Translations under genes and position numbers: made by a program
Notes under the pieces: generated by a model
Seen by the model: the letters and a program-made list of their open reading frames with translations, nothing else
What the model was told of the DNA's origin: nothing
Database searches by the model: none
Source of the DNA: an uncultured Syntrophus sp.
GTDB lineage: Bacteria; Desulfobacterota; Syntrophia; Syntrophales; UBA8958
DNA length: 64,000 nt
Assembly: GCA_964571695.1 (NCBI GenBank)
Contig: CAZNDG010000003.1
Coordinates: 15,261 to 79,260, forward strand
Direction of reading: 5' to 3'
In this document: piece by piece, positions 36,907 to 46,626 of the stretch
Layout: each line of letters starts with the position of its first letter
How positions within the stretch are numbered: the first letter of the stretch is position 1

Positions 36907-38244
36907 TTAAGCCAGGGAGGAGAGAAAGGCCTGGAGGTTGTGTTTGTTGTTCGTCATGCCCATTTTTTTCCGGATCCGGTAGCGGTGGATGTTTACGGCG
37001 CCGGCGGATACGTGGAGGATGTCGGCGATTTCCTTGCTGGTGAGGCCTTCCTTGATGAAGTTGGCGATCTGGATCTCCCGGGAGGTCAGATTTATGTATT
37101 TAGTCGAAAGTCTGCGGGCAAAGGGTGAGACAAGGTCCTTGAGGTTGGACTCGAGGATGTTGAGATGGGCCTGCTCCCGGGCTTCCATGCGGCTCGTTTT
37201 CAGTTTTTCCAGATAGGGGAGGACAAGCTTCTTGATATTGAGCAGCATCCTTTCCTCCAGCTCGTCGCGGTCCTCTTCCCGGCGTTTGAGGAGGACCCGC
37301 AGGGCTGCGTTTAATTCCTCCAGTTCATGGGTCTTTATTTCCAGCTCCTTGCCCCGCTTCCGGACCGCTTCTTCCGCGCTTTTCCTGTCGGTGATGTCCC
37401 GGATGGATTCGATGGCCCCCACGATATTGCCCCGGCTGTCGTAGAGGGGGCTGGCCTTGGCCCAGAGGAAGGCCTTGTGCCCCTTGACCTGCGGGACGTC
37501 AGTTTCGATGATCAGCAGATCCCTTTCCTTCTTGAGTACGTAATAGCTTCGTTCGATCTTGTCATTCGGCTTGAGAATGAGATCGATGAGGATGGGCCGC
37601 CGTACACCGTAAAAGGTGAGGGCGTATTCATAATCGCCCTTGCCGATGATATCCGGGGCCTTGACGCCGGTCATCTCCTCCATGGCCCGGTTCCAGGCGA
37701 TCACCATTCCCCCCCGGTCGATGGCAAAGGTGGCGTCGGGTAGAAATTCGATGATGTCCGCCAGCCGCTGTTCCGATTCCCGCAGGGCCTCCCGCATGCG
37801 GCGCTGTTCGGTGACGTCCATGGAATTGCCCAGGATCGCCGGTTTGCCGTCATAATAAATGGAGGTGACCGTTTCCATGATCCAGCGGATCTCGCCCTTC
37901 TTGGTGACGATTCGGAATTCGTGGGGGGAGGTGCTTTCACCGCGCAACATGGCCCGGGCATTTCTCTTGACGTCCTCCCGGTCCTCTGGGTGGACGATGC
38001 TGTCGGACTTCCTGCCGGTGAGTTCTTCCATGGTCAACCCAGCATAGGAGGCGGCGTTGCTGTTGGCGTACTTGAATTTTCCGTTCTGGACGACGTAGAT
38101 CCCGGCGAAGGATTGCTCCGCCAGGGTGCGGAAGAGACTTTCACTCTGCCTGAGGGATGCCTCGACCTGCCGGCGGTCCGCCGAATCCTTTTCCAGGGCG
38201 AGGATCTTATCCTCGAGGGCCTTGATTCCGGATGTCCTTTTCAT
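36907..38244 (-). CDS. PAS-domain sensor fused to a LuxR-type HTH transcriptional regulator
   Basis: Two PAS blocks are present (..HPEDREDV.., GNSMDVTEQ). A coiled-coil follows (VLLKRREEDRDELEE). The C-terminal HTH reads LTSREIQIANFIKEGLTSKEIADILHVSAGAVNIHRYRIRKKMG. Confidence 0.85.
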   Translation of the reverse strand: MKRTSGIKALEDKILALEKDSADRRQVEASLRQSESLFRTLAEQSFAGIYVVQNGKFKYANSNAASYAGLTMEELTGRKSDSIVHPEDREDVKRNARAMLRGESTSPHEFRIVTKKGEIRWIMETVTSIYYDGKPAILGNSMDVTEQRRMREALRESEQRLADIIEFLPDATFAIDRGGMVIAWNRAMEEMTGVKAPDIIGKGDYEYALTFYGVRRPILIDLILKPNDKIERSYYVLKKERDLLIIETDVPQVKGHKAFLWAKASPLYDSRGNIVGAIESIRDITDRKSAEEAVRKRGKELEIKTHELEELNAALRVLLKRREEDRDELEERMLLNIKKLVLPYLEKLKTSRMEAREQAHLNILESNLKDLVSPFARRLSTKYINLTSREIQIANFIKEGLTSKEIADILHVSAGAVNIHRYRIRKKMGMTNNKHNLQAFLSSLA

Positions 38245-38283
38245 CGTTGCCGTTTCTCCCTAACCGCCATTACCGGTGCGAAG

Positions 38284-38922
38284 TTAACCGATGAGTTTGT
38301 TCTGAACGGCGTAGAGGGTGATCTCGGCGTTGTTCTTCATCCGCATCTTGTCGATGATGTGACTCCGGTAGGTGCTGATGGTCTTGACGCTCAGGCACAG
38401 TTCGTCGGCGATGTCGGACACGGTCTTCCCCGAGGCGATGAGGAGCATAACCTGGTATTCCCGGTCCGAGAGCTTTTCGTGGAGGGGCTTGTTGGCGTCC
38501 TCGTCCAGATATTCGGTGAGCTTCTCCGCCAGGGAGGCGCTGATGTATTTGCCCCCCTGGGAGATCTTGCGGATCGCGGCGATGAGTTCGTTGGGGGCGC
38601 TGGCCTTGGTCATGTATCCCGAGGCCCCGGCGCGGAGGGCCCGGACTGCGTACTGCTCCTCCGGATAGATGCTGAGGATCATGACGGGCATTTTAGGTTT
38701 TTCCGCCTTCAGGTCCTTCAAGACCTCGAGGCCGTTCCGTCCCGGCATGGAGATGTCGAGAAGGACGATATCGTAATCTTTCTTTCTAATCAGATTTAGT
38801 ACTTCCTGCCCGTTTCCCGCCTCGTCGGCCACGGTCATGTCCTGGGTGTCCGAGATGACGAGTTTGAACCCCGCCCGGACGATAGGGTGATCGTCGGCGA
38901 TAAGAATCCTTATTTTCTTCAT
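38284..38922 (-). CDS. NarL/FixJ-family response regulator (REC + LuxR HTH)
   Basis: The REC domain reads ILIADDHPIVRAG..VLLDISMPG..ILS. The HTH reads LSDREYQVMLLIASGKTVSDIADELCLSVKTISTYRSHI. The gene overlaps the upstream kinase gene by 4 nt. Confidence 0.9.
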   Translation of the reverse strand: MKKIRILIADDHPIVRAGFKLVISDTQDMTVADEAGNGQEVLNLIRKKDYDIVLLDISMPGRNGLEVLKDLKAEKPKMPVMILSIYPEEQYAVRALRAGASGYMTKASAPNELIAAIRKISQGGKYISASLAEKLTEYLDEDANKPLHEKLSDREYQVMLLIASGKTVSDIADELCLSVKTISTYRSHIIDKMRMKNNAEITLYAVQNKLIG

Positions 38923-41141
38923 GACGGCGCTCCTTTCTGCTCCAGGGGGATGGTGACGCTCACCGTCGTTCCCCCGCCGGGTTTGCCCTTGATGGTCACC
39001 TCGCCGCGCCAGTACTCCGCCCGTTCCCGAATGCCCAGGAGTCCGAAGGAGTTGGGTTTGTTCATCTGCTCCCGGGTTATCCCCTTGCCGTTGTCCCTTA
39101 CGGTGAGTTGGATCTTCCGGTCCGTCGCCCGGAGGGTCACGTTGACCCGGGAAGCCTCGGCATGGCGGGAAACATTGGTCAGGGTCTCCTGGAAGATCCG
39201 GAACAGGGCGGTGGTCAGGTCCGGATCGAGGGCGATTTCTTCCGGGGCGAAACGGACATGACAGTGGATCCCAGTCCGCTTCTGAAATTCTTCGGCCTGC
39301 CAGCCGATGGCAGCGGTGAGGCCCAGATGGTCCAGCATCCCCGGCCGCAGGGCCATGTAGATCCGCTTGAGGGTCTGCATGGTCATGTCGATGAGGCTGG
39401 AGAGGGACTGGGTCCGTTCGATGAGGGCGGTAAGCTCCGGGGGGATCTTCTTGCCCAGCATGATGATCTCGGTATTCAGGGCCGTGAGAAGTTGACCCAG
39501 CTCATCGTGGAGTTCCCGAGCGATGTGGGATCGCTCTTTCTCCCGGATGGACTGGAGGTGGGCCGTGAGGCTCCGGAGCTGTTCCCGGGAGTTTGCCAGT
39601 TCCGTTTCGGCCAGCTTGCGGTCCGTGATATCCTCGTAGGTGATGACGATGTTTTTTTCCACCAGGCTGGCGCCGATGCGGGCGGCGGTGACCATGCATT
39701 CGATGCCGCGCCCGTCCCGGCGCTGGCAGGGGAACTCCAGGTTAACGGTCCGCTTCTTCTCCAGGGCGCTGTAAAGCGCCCGGGCCATGGCCTCGTAATC
39801 CTCGTCGCTGCGATAGAGGATCCGGGTGCTCATGCCGATGATGTCCCGGGCCTTCCAGCCGAATACGGTCTGGACGCCGTCGTTGGCGAAGATGATCCGC
39901 CGGTCCTGCAATCCGATGACGGCGTGGGGGATGGCCTCCAGGATCGAGGCCTCCAGGGCCTCCAACTCCTCCAGCTTCTTCCGGTCGTTGTTCTGCTCGG
40001 TGATGTCCATGGAATTGCCCAAAACGGCCATCTCTCCCCGGAAGGGGATCATGGTAACCGTTTCCATGATCCAGCGGATATCGCCGTTTTTGGTGATGAT
40101 GCGGAATTCGTGGGGGGCTTTCCGCTTTCCGGTCAGCATGCTCTTGGCGTTCCTCCGGACCATCGCCCGGTCTTCGGAGTGGACGAGGCTCATGGAATCC
40201 ATGCCTACCAGTTCATCCTCTCCGTATCCCGCATAGGCGGCGGCGTGGTGATTGACGAACTGGAAGGCCCCGTTCTGGACCACATAGACCCCCGCCTGGG
40301 AACTCTTGGCCAGGGTCTTGTAAACGTCTTCCGCCTGCTTGCGGTCCGTGATGTCCTCATAGGTGATGACGATCTGCTTATCCTTCAGGGTCTCGCCGAT
40401 CCGGGAGGCGTTGATCATGCAGACGATCTCCTTGCCGTCCTTACGGCGGCAGGGAAACTCCAGGGAGACGGTCTGCTCTTGCTCCAGGGTGGTGTAGAGC
40501 TTTTCCGCGATCTCCTGGAAGTCCCCCTCGGAACGGTAGAAGCGCCGGGTCCGCTGCCCGATGATCTCTTCCGCCTTCCAGCCGAATACGGTCTGGACGC
40601 CGTCGTTGGCGAAGATGATCCGCCGGTTCTTGAGGCCGATGACGGCGTGGGGAATGGCGACGAGGATGGACGCCTCCAGGGCCTCCAATTCCGCCAGCTT
40701 GTTCCGGGCGTTGATCTGTTCGGTGATGTCCATGGAATTGCCGAGGACGGCCCGTTTCCCCTGGTAGTGGATCGTCGTTACCGTCTCGGTGATCCAGCGT
40801 ATGCTTCCGTCCTTGGCGATGGTCCGGAAGACATAGGGGGAGAAGCGGGTCCCATTGAGCATGGCGATGGCCCCGTCCCGGACGATGTGCCGGTCCTCGG
40901 GATGGACGATGTTCATGGAGGGCATCCCGAGGAGTTCTTCCCGGGCATAGCCCCAGTAGTTGGATGTATGCTGGTTGACGAACCGGAAGATCCCTTCCTG
41001 GACTACGTAGATGCCCATGAGGGAACTGTTTTCCAGGGTCCGGAAGAGGCCTTCCTCGAAGACCCGTTCCGTCTCCAGTTTCCTGATCTCTTCGACGTTG
41101 CGGCGGATTTCCTTGAGTTCCTTCAGCAGGCTGGCGTCCAT
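38919..41141 (-). CDS. Multi-PAS sensor histidine kinase (HisKA_3 / NarX-DegS type)
   Basis: Four PAS units form a duplicated pair. HIARELHDELGQLLTAL is the H-box. The HATPase block reads RDNGKGI..GLLGIRERA. Confidence 0.9.
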   Translation of the reverse strand: MDASLLKELKEIRRNVEEIRKLETERVFEEGLFRTLENSSLMGIYVVQEGIFRFVNQHTSNYWGYAREELLGMPSMNIVHPEDRHIVRDGAIAMLNGTRFSPYVFRTIAKDGSIRWITETVTTIHYQGKRAVLGNSMDITEQINARNKLAELEALEASILVAIPHAVIGLKNRRIIFANDGVQTVFGWKAEEIIGQRTRRFYRSEGDFQEIAEKLYTTLEQEQTVSLEFPCRRKDGKEIVCMINASRIGETLKDKQIVITYEDITDRKQAEDVYKTLAKSSQAGVYVVQNGAFQFVNHHAAAYAGYGEDELVGMDSMSLVHSEDRAMVRRNAKSMLTGKRKAPHEFRIITKNGDIRWIMETVTMIPFRGEMAVLGNSMDITEQNNDRKKLEELEALEASILEAIPHAVIGLQDRRIIFANDGVQTVFGWKARDIIGMSTRILYRSDEDYEAMARALYSALEKKRTVNLEFPCQRRDGRGIECMVTAARIGASLVEKNIVITYEDITDRKLAETELANSREQLRSLTAHLQSIREKERSHIARELHDELGQLLTALNTEIIMLGKKIPPELTALIERTQSLSSLIDMTMQTLKRIYMALRPGMLDHLGLTAAIGWQAEEFQKRTGIHCHVRFAPEEIALDPDLTTALFRIFQETLTNVSRHAEASRVNVTLRATDRKIQLTVRDNGKGITREQMNKPNSFGLLGIRERAEYWRGEVTIKGKPGGGTTVSVTIPLEQKGAPS

Positions 41142-41350
41142 GGGTTCCTTTCCGTCCCGGTGATGTTCCTGTCCGGGGATTATAGGTTGCCACCCTGGCT
41201 ATGTCAAACATTTCCTAAGAACAAGCTCTAAGTCGCGGGGGATGGTGAATGGAACCGCGGCCCGCTTTGAGGGTCGGGCGGTCCGCAACCGGCGTTTCCC
41301 GGAGCGGGGATCCCCGGACAGGGGAGGGGGCCGGTGGCCCGGCGGGTCGG

Positions 41351-42334
41351 CTATTCCGTCCGGAAGCCCTTTTCGTTGTAAAGCCGGAGGCAGGCCGCCA
41401 CCACTTCTGGATCGTAACGGGAGCCGCTGTGGTTCCTGAGCACCACCAGCGCCTCTTCCCGGGGGAGTCCGCGCTGATAGATCCGGTGCGACGTCAACTC
41501 CTCCATGGCGTCGGAGACGGCCAGGATCCGCGCCTCCCGGAGGATCTCCTCGCCTATCATCCCCCGGGGGAAGCCCGTGCCGTCGTAGCATTCCCGGTGC
41601 TGCAGGACGATGTCGGCGATGGGCCAGGAGAAGTCGATTTTCTTGAGGATCCCGTAGCCGATGGTGGGATAGGTGCGGTAGAGGGAGAGCTTGATCCCCG
41701 TCAACCTGCTGGTGTCCTGGATCACCTCCATGGGGACGTTGATCAGCCCGATATCATAAACGGAAGCCGCCAGGCCGACCCCCTCGGCCTGAAATCCGTT
41801 CATGCCCAGCTCCGCCGCCAGGGCCATGGCCAGCTTCTTCACCCGCTGATGATGGCCGGCGCTGTGGGGACCCCGCATCTCCGTGATTTCGGTAAGGGCG
41901 TCGATTACCCCCCGGAGGGTCAGGTCGAGTTTTTTCTTGCAGTCTTGCAGTTCCTTTTCCAACCGGTGGCGGTGGAGGGCCATCTCGATGTTCGTTTGGA
42001 GCTCCATCTTGTTGAAGGGCTTGATAAGATAGCCGAAAGGGCGGGTCTGCTTGGCCCGAAATATGTAGTCCCCGTCGGTGTGGGCCGTGAGGAAGATCAC
42101 CGGCAGGTCGTAATGGGAGCGGATCCGCTCCGCCGCCTCTATGCCGTCCAAATCTCCGGGGAGGACGATGTCCATGAGGATCAGATCCGGTTTCGCCTCC
42201 TCGATCAGGGCGAAGGCCTCCACGGCCGAGGCGGCGACGTTTTGGGAATCATAGCCGAACGACCTTAGATTGCGGCATATTTGATCGCCCACGATCCATT
42301 CGTCCTCCACCACCAGTATCTTTTTACCAGTCAT
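41351..42334 (-). CDS. Response regulator with HD-GYP phosphodiesterase domain
   Basis: The REC domain reads KILVVEDEW..ILMDIVLPG. The output domain reads GHHQRVKKLA..HRECYDGTGFPRG. Confidence 0.9.
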   Translation of the reverse strand: MTGKKILVVEDEWIVGDQICRNLRSFGYDSQNVAASAVEAFALIEEAKPDLILMDIVLPGDLDGIEAAERIRSHYDLPVIFLTAHTDGDYIFRAKQTRPFGYLIKPFNKMELQTNIEMALHRHRLEKELQDCKKKLDLTLRGVIDALTEITEMRGPHSAGHHQRVKKLAMALAAELGMNGFQAEGVGLAASVYDIGLINVPMEVIQDTSRLTGIKLSLYRTYPTIGYGILKKIDFSWPIADIVLQHRECYDGTGFPRGMIGEEILREARILAVSDAMEELTSHRIYQRGLPREEALVVLRNHSGSRYDPEVVAACLRLYNEKGFRTE

Positions 42335-42338
42335 GCAT

Positions 42339-43850
42339 TTACCCCTTCCGGTGATCGCTTCGGGAGCGAAAACAAATCCGGTATGCCGTGCCCGGTCCGC
42401 TCAGGACATCCAACCGGCCGTGGAGCTGATGCTTCACCAGACCCCGGATCAGGTGCAATCCCACGGTACGGGACCGGTGGGGATCCACTGCCGCCGGGAG
42501 CCCCGCCCCATTGTCCGCCATTAAGATTTCGATGTCGCCGTCTTGCGACCGGTCGATCTCTACGGTTATCTCCCCCTTGCGCCCGTCGGGAAAGGCGTGC
42601 TTCACGGCTTTGGCGATCAGTTCATTGAGGATCAGACCGCAAGGCAGGGCCTGGTTTATATCCAGAAAGACATCGTCCTTTTTGCGGATGGACAGGGTGA
42701 TCGTCCCCGGATTGATTAGATGGGCCAGAAAGATGTCCCGGGCCAGGTCGCCTACATAGGCGGGCAGATCGATCCGGCTGATATTTTTGGACTGATAAAG
42801 CATCTCGTGAATCAGGGACATGGCCTTGACCCGCCGGTAGCTGCTCCGGGCCGCCTCCACCGCTTCGGGGGTGCTCCCGCTGAGGGCCTGGAGATCCAGG
42901 AGGCTCGCCACCACCTGGAGATTGTTCTTTACCCGGTGATGTATTTCGTGGAGCAGGGTCTCTTTCTCACGGAGGGCTTCCTTCATCCGAAGTTCCGCCT
43001 CCTTGTGGTCCGTGATGTCCATTATCACCCCCACCACTCCGACGACGGCACCCTCGGCGTTTGCATAGGTCCCCTTGTTGACCACGACGTTGCGCCTTGT
43101 CCCGTCGGCATGAACGAACCGATGTTCGTAGCTCTGCCGGCCCGGAAGGCGGAGCAACTCGGCATCCATCTTTTGGTAGATATCCGCCATCTCGTTGCTG
43201 AAGATCTCCGCGGCGGTCCGGCCGATGATTTCCTCCTTATTCCGGCCCGCGTAGAGTTCGAACTCCCGGTTGCAGGCCTGATACCGGCCCTGAAGATCTT
43301 TGCAGAAGATCGGGCTGGGGATGGTGTCGATCAGGCTCCGCAGGAAATTCAGGAGCCGCCGGGATTCCCCCGCCAACTGCAGGCGCTGTTCTTCCAGTTC
43401 CTTGCGCTGGGTGACATTCTTGAACATGCCCTCATGGTACAGGACATTGCCGTCGCCGTTCCGGACGACCCGCGCGTTCAGCGCGACCCACACCGGCCCG
43501 CCGTCTTTACGCCGGAACTTGACCTCGAAATTCTCTATTTGGTTGTTTTCCCTCAACAGGCGCCTCACTTCTTCCCGATCGCCGGGATCATGGTAGATCT
43601 GGGCGCCGATGTCGGTTATGGCATTGATCAGCTCACCGGGGGAGTCATAGCCCAGAATTATGGCGGCATGGCGATTGGCCCGATGGATGCGGCCCCGGGG
43701 CGTCACTTGATACAAGCCGATGGGAAGATTTTCAAAAAAATCCCGGTAAGCCTCTTCCTGGCTCTGAAGGGCCGCGAACCGGCCGCGGAGTTCCCTCAAT
43801 TCGGAATCAAGTTGCAGGTTGGTCTTTTCTTCGTCGGACATCAGGGACAA
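42339..43850 (-). CDS. PAS sensor histidine kinase (HisKA_2 type)
   Basis: PAS repeats are present. EIHHRVKNNLQVVASLLDLQ is the H-box. The HATPase_c block reads ADNGAGLP. Confidence 0.9.
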   Translation of the reverse strand: MSLMSDEEKTNLQLDSELRELRGRFAALQSQEEAYRDFFENLPIGLYQVTPRGRIHRANRHAAIILGYDSPGELINAITDIGAQIYHDPGDREEVRRLLRENNQIENFEVKFRRKDGGPVWVALNARVVRNGDGNVLYHEGMFKNVTQRKELEEQRLQLAGESRRLLNFLRSLIDTIPSPIFCKDLQGRYQACNREFELYAGRNKEEIIGRTAAEIFSNEMADIYQKMDAELLRLPGRQSYEHRFVHADGTRRNVVVNKGTYANAEGAVVGVVGVIMDITDHKEAELRMKEALREKETLLHEIHHRVKNNLQVVASLLDLQALSGSTPEAVEAARSSYRRVKAMSLIHEMLYQSKNISRIDLPAYVGDLARDIFLAHLINPGTITLSIRKKDDVFLDINQALPCGLILNELIAKAVKHAFPDGRKGEITVEIDRSQDGDIEILMADNGAGLPAAVDPHRSRTVGLHLIRGLVKHQLHGRLDVLSGPGTAYRICFRSRSDHRKG

Positions 43851-43889
43851 ACCTGAATTATGAAAAAACGTCGATATATTAAGCGGTTG

Positions 43890-44084
43890 TTATGGGCGCC
43901 GGGAATTTGGTCCGGGGGTGTTGCCGACTGCGGGCTCGGGCGCGACGGCGGGCTGGGAATAGCCCTTTCCGTATGGCTTGGGGGCATTGTAAACGATCCG
44001 GTCGCAACACAAACCTACCCAGCCATGTCCGTATTTCAAGATCTTTACTGGGCGCCCGCAGTGGGGACATCGATATTCGTCCAT
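43890..44084 (-). CDS. Small Cys-rich (zinc-ribbon-like) hypothetical protein, 64 aa
   Basis: It uses the internal ATG of ORF 43890..44168: MDEYRCPHCGRPVKILKYGHGWVGLCCDRIVYN... It sits between a LuxR-type regulator and a kinase on the same strand. No homology is recognised. Confidence 0.3.
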   Translation of the reverse strand: MDEYRCPHCGRPVKILKYGHGWVGLCCDRIVYNAPKPYGKGYSQPAVAPEPAVGNTPGPNSRRP

Positions 44085-44206
44085 CTCGAACCGAGAAACT
44101 CCTATAACCCTTGGGAACGTTATTTTGAGCGGCCGCAATATATGAGCGGATAAAGATGTTAATGTCAATCGTTTATTTTCAGGTAAATAATGGGATGATA
44201 AAATAC

Positions 44207-45436
44207 CTATTGATCGAGGCTTTCGAGATAGGAGAGGAGATTGGCCTTCTTATTGTTCAAGCCAAGCTTCTTCCTTATATTTTTCCGGTGTACGTCAATG
44301 GATCCGGGGGCGGAGCCCATGACCTTCGCGATTTCTTTCGTCGTCCGGCCGGATTTGATCAGGGAGGCCACCCGCATCTCCCGCGGGGTGAGGTTGAAGC
44401 GGCGGATATTCTTCAGAAGGGGTGTGGCGATTTCCTTAAGATGGGTTTCGATGATCTCGATATATGCCTTCTGCTCCAACTCCAGTTTACCCTTTTTCAT
44501 CTGTTCCACATAGGGCAAAACAAGGTTCCGGACGTTCAGGATGAACCGTTCCTCCAGATCCTTCTTGTCTTCTTCCCGTTGGGCCAGAAGCACCTTGAGG
44601 GTCGTGTTGAGTTCCTGCAGCGTAACGTTTTTGCTTTCCAATTCCGCCGTCCGCTCCCGGATCATTTCCTCGAGATAGCGGCGGTGTTTGCTGAGTTCTT
44701 CCTCCACGCTGATACGTCCGGTGATGTCCTGTACGCCGGCGATGGCCCCCTGGTAATTCCCGTCTTCGTCGATGATCGGCGTGCTCATCAGGGAGGCATA
44801 AAGGCGGGAGCCGTCCTTCCGGAGAAAGACGAAATCGTGGCGCTCCTTGATCCCCGCCTGCCGACGGGCGAGATTATTCCGGGCGACGGCGGTTTGTTCC
44901 TCGTCCATGAAGGTGAACAGATGACGGCCCAACATCTCCGGCCCAGCATAGCCCAGCATCTCCGCCATGTATTGATTGACGAAGGTGGTAAAGGCATCCT
45001 TGTCGATCTGCCAGATCCCTTCATTGATGTTTTCGACCAGCAGGCGGTATTTTTGCTCGCTTTTCAAGAGGGCCGTATAGGCCTCCCGGCGTTCCATCGT
45101 CCCCGTCATGACCGTCCACAGGCACTTTTGTTCCTCCAGGGTCAGGACGGCGGCATTGAACAGTCCCAGGACCACCGTGCCGTTTTTGTCCCGCACCGGA
45201 ACTTCCAGGTTTTCCACCCGGTCCTTTTTGGCCAGTTCTTCAAGGAAAACAGCATATTGATCTTGCGTGAGGAAACCCGTCTCCACCCAGGTACGGCCGA
45301 TGACCTCCGCGCGTGTTCCCCCGGCGAAATGGAGAAAGGCATCGCAGACCGAGAGGAAACGACCGTCTTTTCGGGATGTGACGCCGATGGGGATCATCCC
45401 GCGGATAAACATCAGCTTTTCTTTTTTTATCATCAT
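44207..45436 (-). CDS. PAS-domain sensor fused to a LuxR-type HTH regulator (paralog of 36907..38244)
   Basis: The C-terminus VLLAQREEDKKDLEE..LTPREMRVASLIKSGRTTKEIAKVMGSAPGSIDVHRKNIRKKLG aligns with the other PAS-LuxR protein. Confidence 0.85.
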   Translation of the reverse strand: MMIKKEKLMFIRGMIPIGVTSRKDGRFLSVCDAFLHFAGGTRAEVIGRTWVETGFLTQDQYAVFLEELAKKDRVENLEVPVRDKNGTVVLGLFNAAVLTLEEQKCLWTVMTGTMERREAYTALLKSEQKYRLLVENINEGIWQIDKDAFTTFVNQYMAEMLGYAGPEMLGRHLFTFMDEEQTAVARNNLARRQAGIKERHDFVFLRKDGSRLYASLMSTPIIDEDGNYQGAIAGVQDITGRISVEEELSKHRRYLEEMIRERTAELESKNVTLQELNTTLKVLLAQREEDKKDLEERFILNVRNLVLPYVEQMKKGKLELEQKAYIEIIETHLKEIATPLLKNIRRFNLTPREMRVASLIKSGRTTKEIAKVMGSAPGSIDVHRKNIRKKLGLNNKKANLLSYLESLDQ

Positions 45437-45528
45437 ACCGGCAGCCCGTTGAGGAAATTGGATTTCTTAATTACCTATCACTTTCTTCATGATAGCGCAA
45501 TGCCGTTTTCTGATGACATCTACTGAGG

Positions 45529-45690
45529 GCTTTGCATAACTGCGGAAAAATGGTTCGCAAGCGGTGAATCAAATGTTTTCGCCGTTGCGTGATTGAACTT
45601 AACGCTTGGTAATGAATAAGGTTTATACGTTACCCATTCAGAGGCGAAAAAGATTTCTGAGCCGCGGCGAAGCCATTTTTCAAAGGTCTC
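45529..45690 (+). mobile_element. MITE-like repeat, copy B (162 bp)
   Basis: See copy A. The flanks ctactgagg and ctactatga form a decayed target-site duplication. The element lies 93 bp upstream of the PAS-LuxR start at 45436. Confidence 0.75.
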
Positions 45691-45694
45691 CTAC

Positions 45695-45752
45695 TATGAA
45701 AATGCCGTTTTCATGCTTCGTGGCGCTCCAGGGGGCATGAAGGTATTTTACG
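45695..45752 (-). repeat. 58-bp hairpin-containing repeat, copy 2 (family 2, inverted)
   Basis: Its reverse complement matches 27518..27575 at 46 of 58 positions. It has the hairpin tatgaaaa-tgccg-ttttcata. It lies 4 nt from MITE copy B. Confidence 0.7.
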
Positions 45753-45844
45753 TAAGGAACGGTCTTTATCATCGCCCCGTTGTTATGTTATAAAGGATCC
45801 GTCTTCGTTAAAACAGCCAATACAGGTAATAAGGAGGAGCCCAT

Positions 45845-46603
45845 ATGAAGAGTAACGCGATTAAAGCGGTTGTTGTGTTGGCGACGGTCCTGCTTTTCCT
45901 GGTTTCCATTTATGTCCCGCCGGGGGGCGCGGCCCCGAAAGCGGCGGATAACGGCGATCTCAAACGGCTGGTGGCCAACCTCCACTGGCTGGGGCATGAC
46001 GCCTTCCGTATCGACGCCGGCGGTCTGGTCATCTACATCGATCCGTTCATGCTGAAACCGGGGTTACCCAAGGCGGACCTGATCCTCATAACCCATGAGC
46101 ACATGGATCACAACAACCCCGGCGATGTGGCGAAGATCATGAAAGAAGGTACGATCATCATTACGGTGGCCAGGGGGGCCGAAAAGCTCTCCGGCGACGT
46201 CCGGATCATCAAACCAGGGGAGGAAATGACCGTCCGGGGCATCCCCATCCGGGCCGTACCGGCATACAACACCAACAAGTTCCGAAGCCCCGGCGTCCCC
46301 TTCCATCCCCGGGAATTGGGCTATGTGGGCTACCTGATCACCGTGGGGGGCGTGACCATCTACCACGCCGGTGATTCCGATTTCATCCCGGAGATGAAGG
46401 GGCTCAAGCCCGACGTGGCCCTCCTGCCGGTGAGCGGCACATATGTCATGTCCGCCGCGGAGGCCGTCGCCGCCGCCGCGGCCATAAGCCCACGGGTCGC
46501 CGTGCCCATGCACGTAGGCGGTCCGGTCGGAAGCGTGAGCGCGGCGGAGGATTTCCGATCGCGGGCGACGGTGCCGGTGCTGGTACTGCCGCTGGAAAAG
46601 TAG
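45845..46603 (+). CDS. Secreted MBL-fold metallo-hydrolase
   Basis: aggagg lies upstream. The signal peptide is MKSNAIKAVVVLATVLLFLV. LILITHEHMDHNN is the HxHxDH motif. HAGDSDF is also present. Confidence 0.8.
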   Translation: MKSNAIKAVVVLATVLLFLVSIYVPPGGAAPKAADNGDLKRLVANLHWLGHDAFRIDAGGLVIYIDPFMLKPGLPKADLILITHEHMDHNNPGDVAKIMKEGTIIITVARGAEKLSGDVRIIKPGEEMTVRGIPIRAVPAYNTNKFRSPGVPFHPRELGYVGYLITVGGVTIYHAGDSDFIPEMKGLKPDVALLPVSGTYVMSAAEAVAAAAAISPRVAVPMHVGGPVGSVSAAEDFRSRATVPVLVLPLEK

Positions 46604-46626
46604 GGGGAGATCGCCCAATCCTTTCC

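Noticed and set aside
39108-45526. Plus-strand ORFs 39108..41231 (707 aa), 41249..42268, 42720..43856 and 44156..45526
   Set aside because: They are antisense shadows of the histidine kinase, HD-GYP, kinase and PAS-LuxR genes. None has a recognisable motif.
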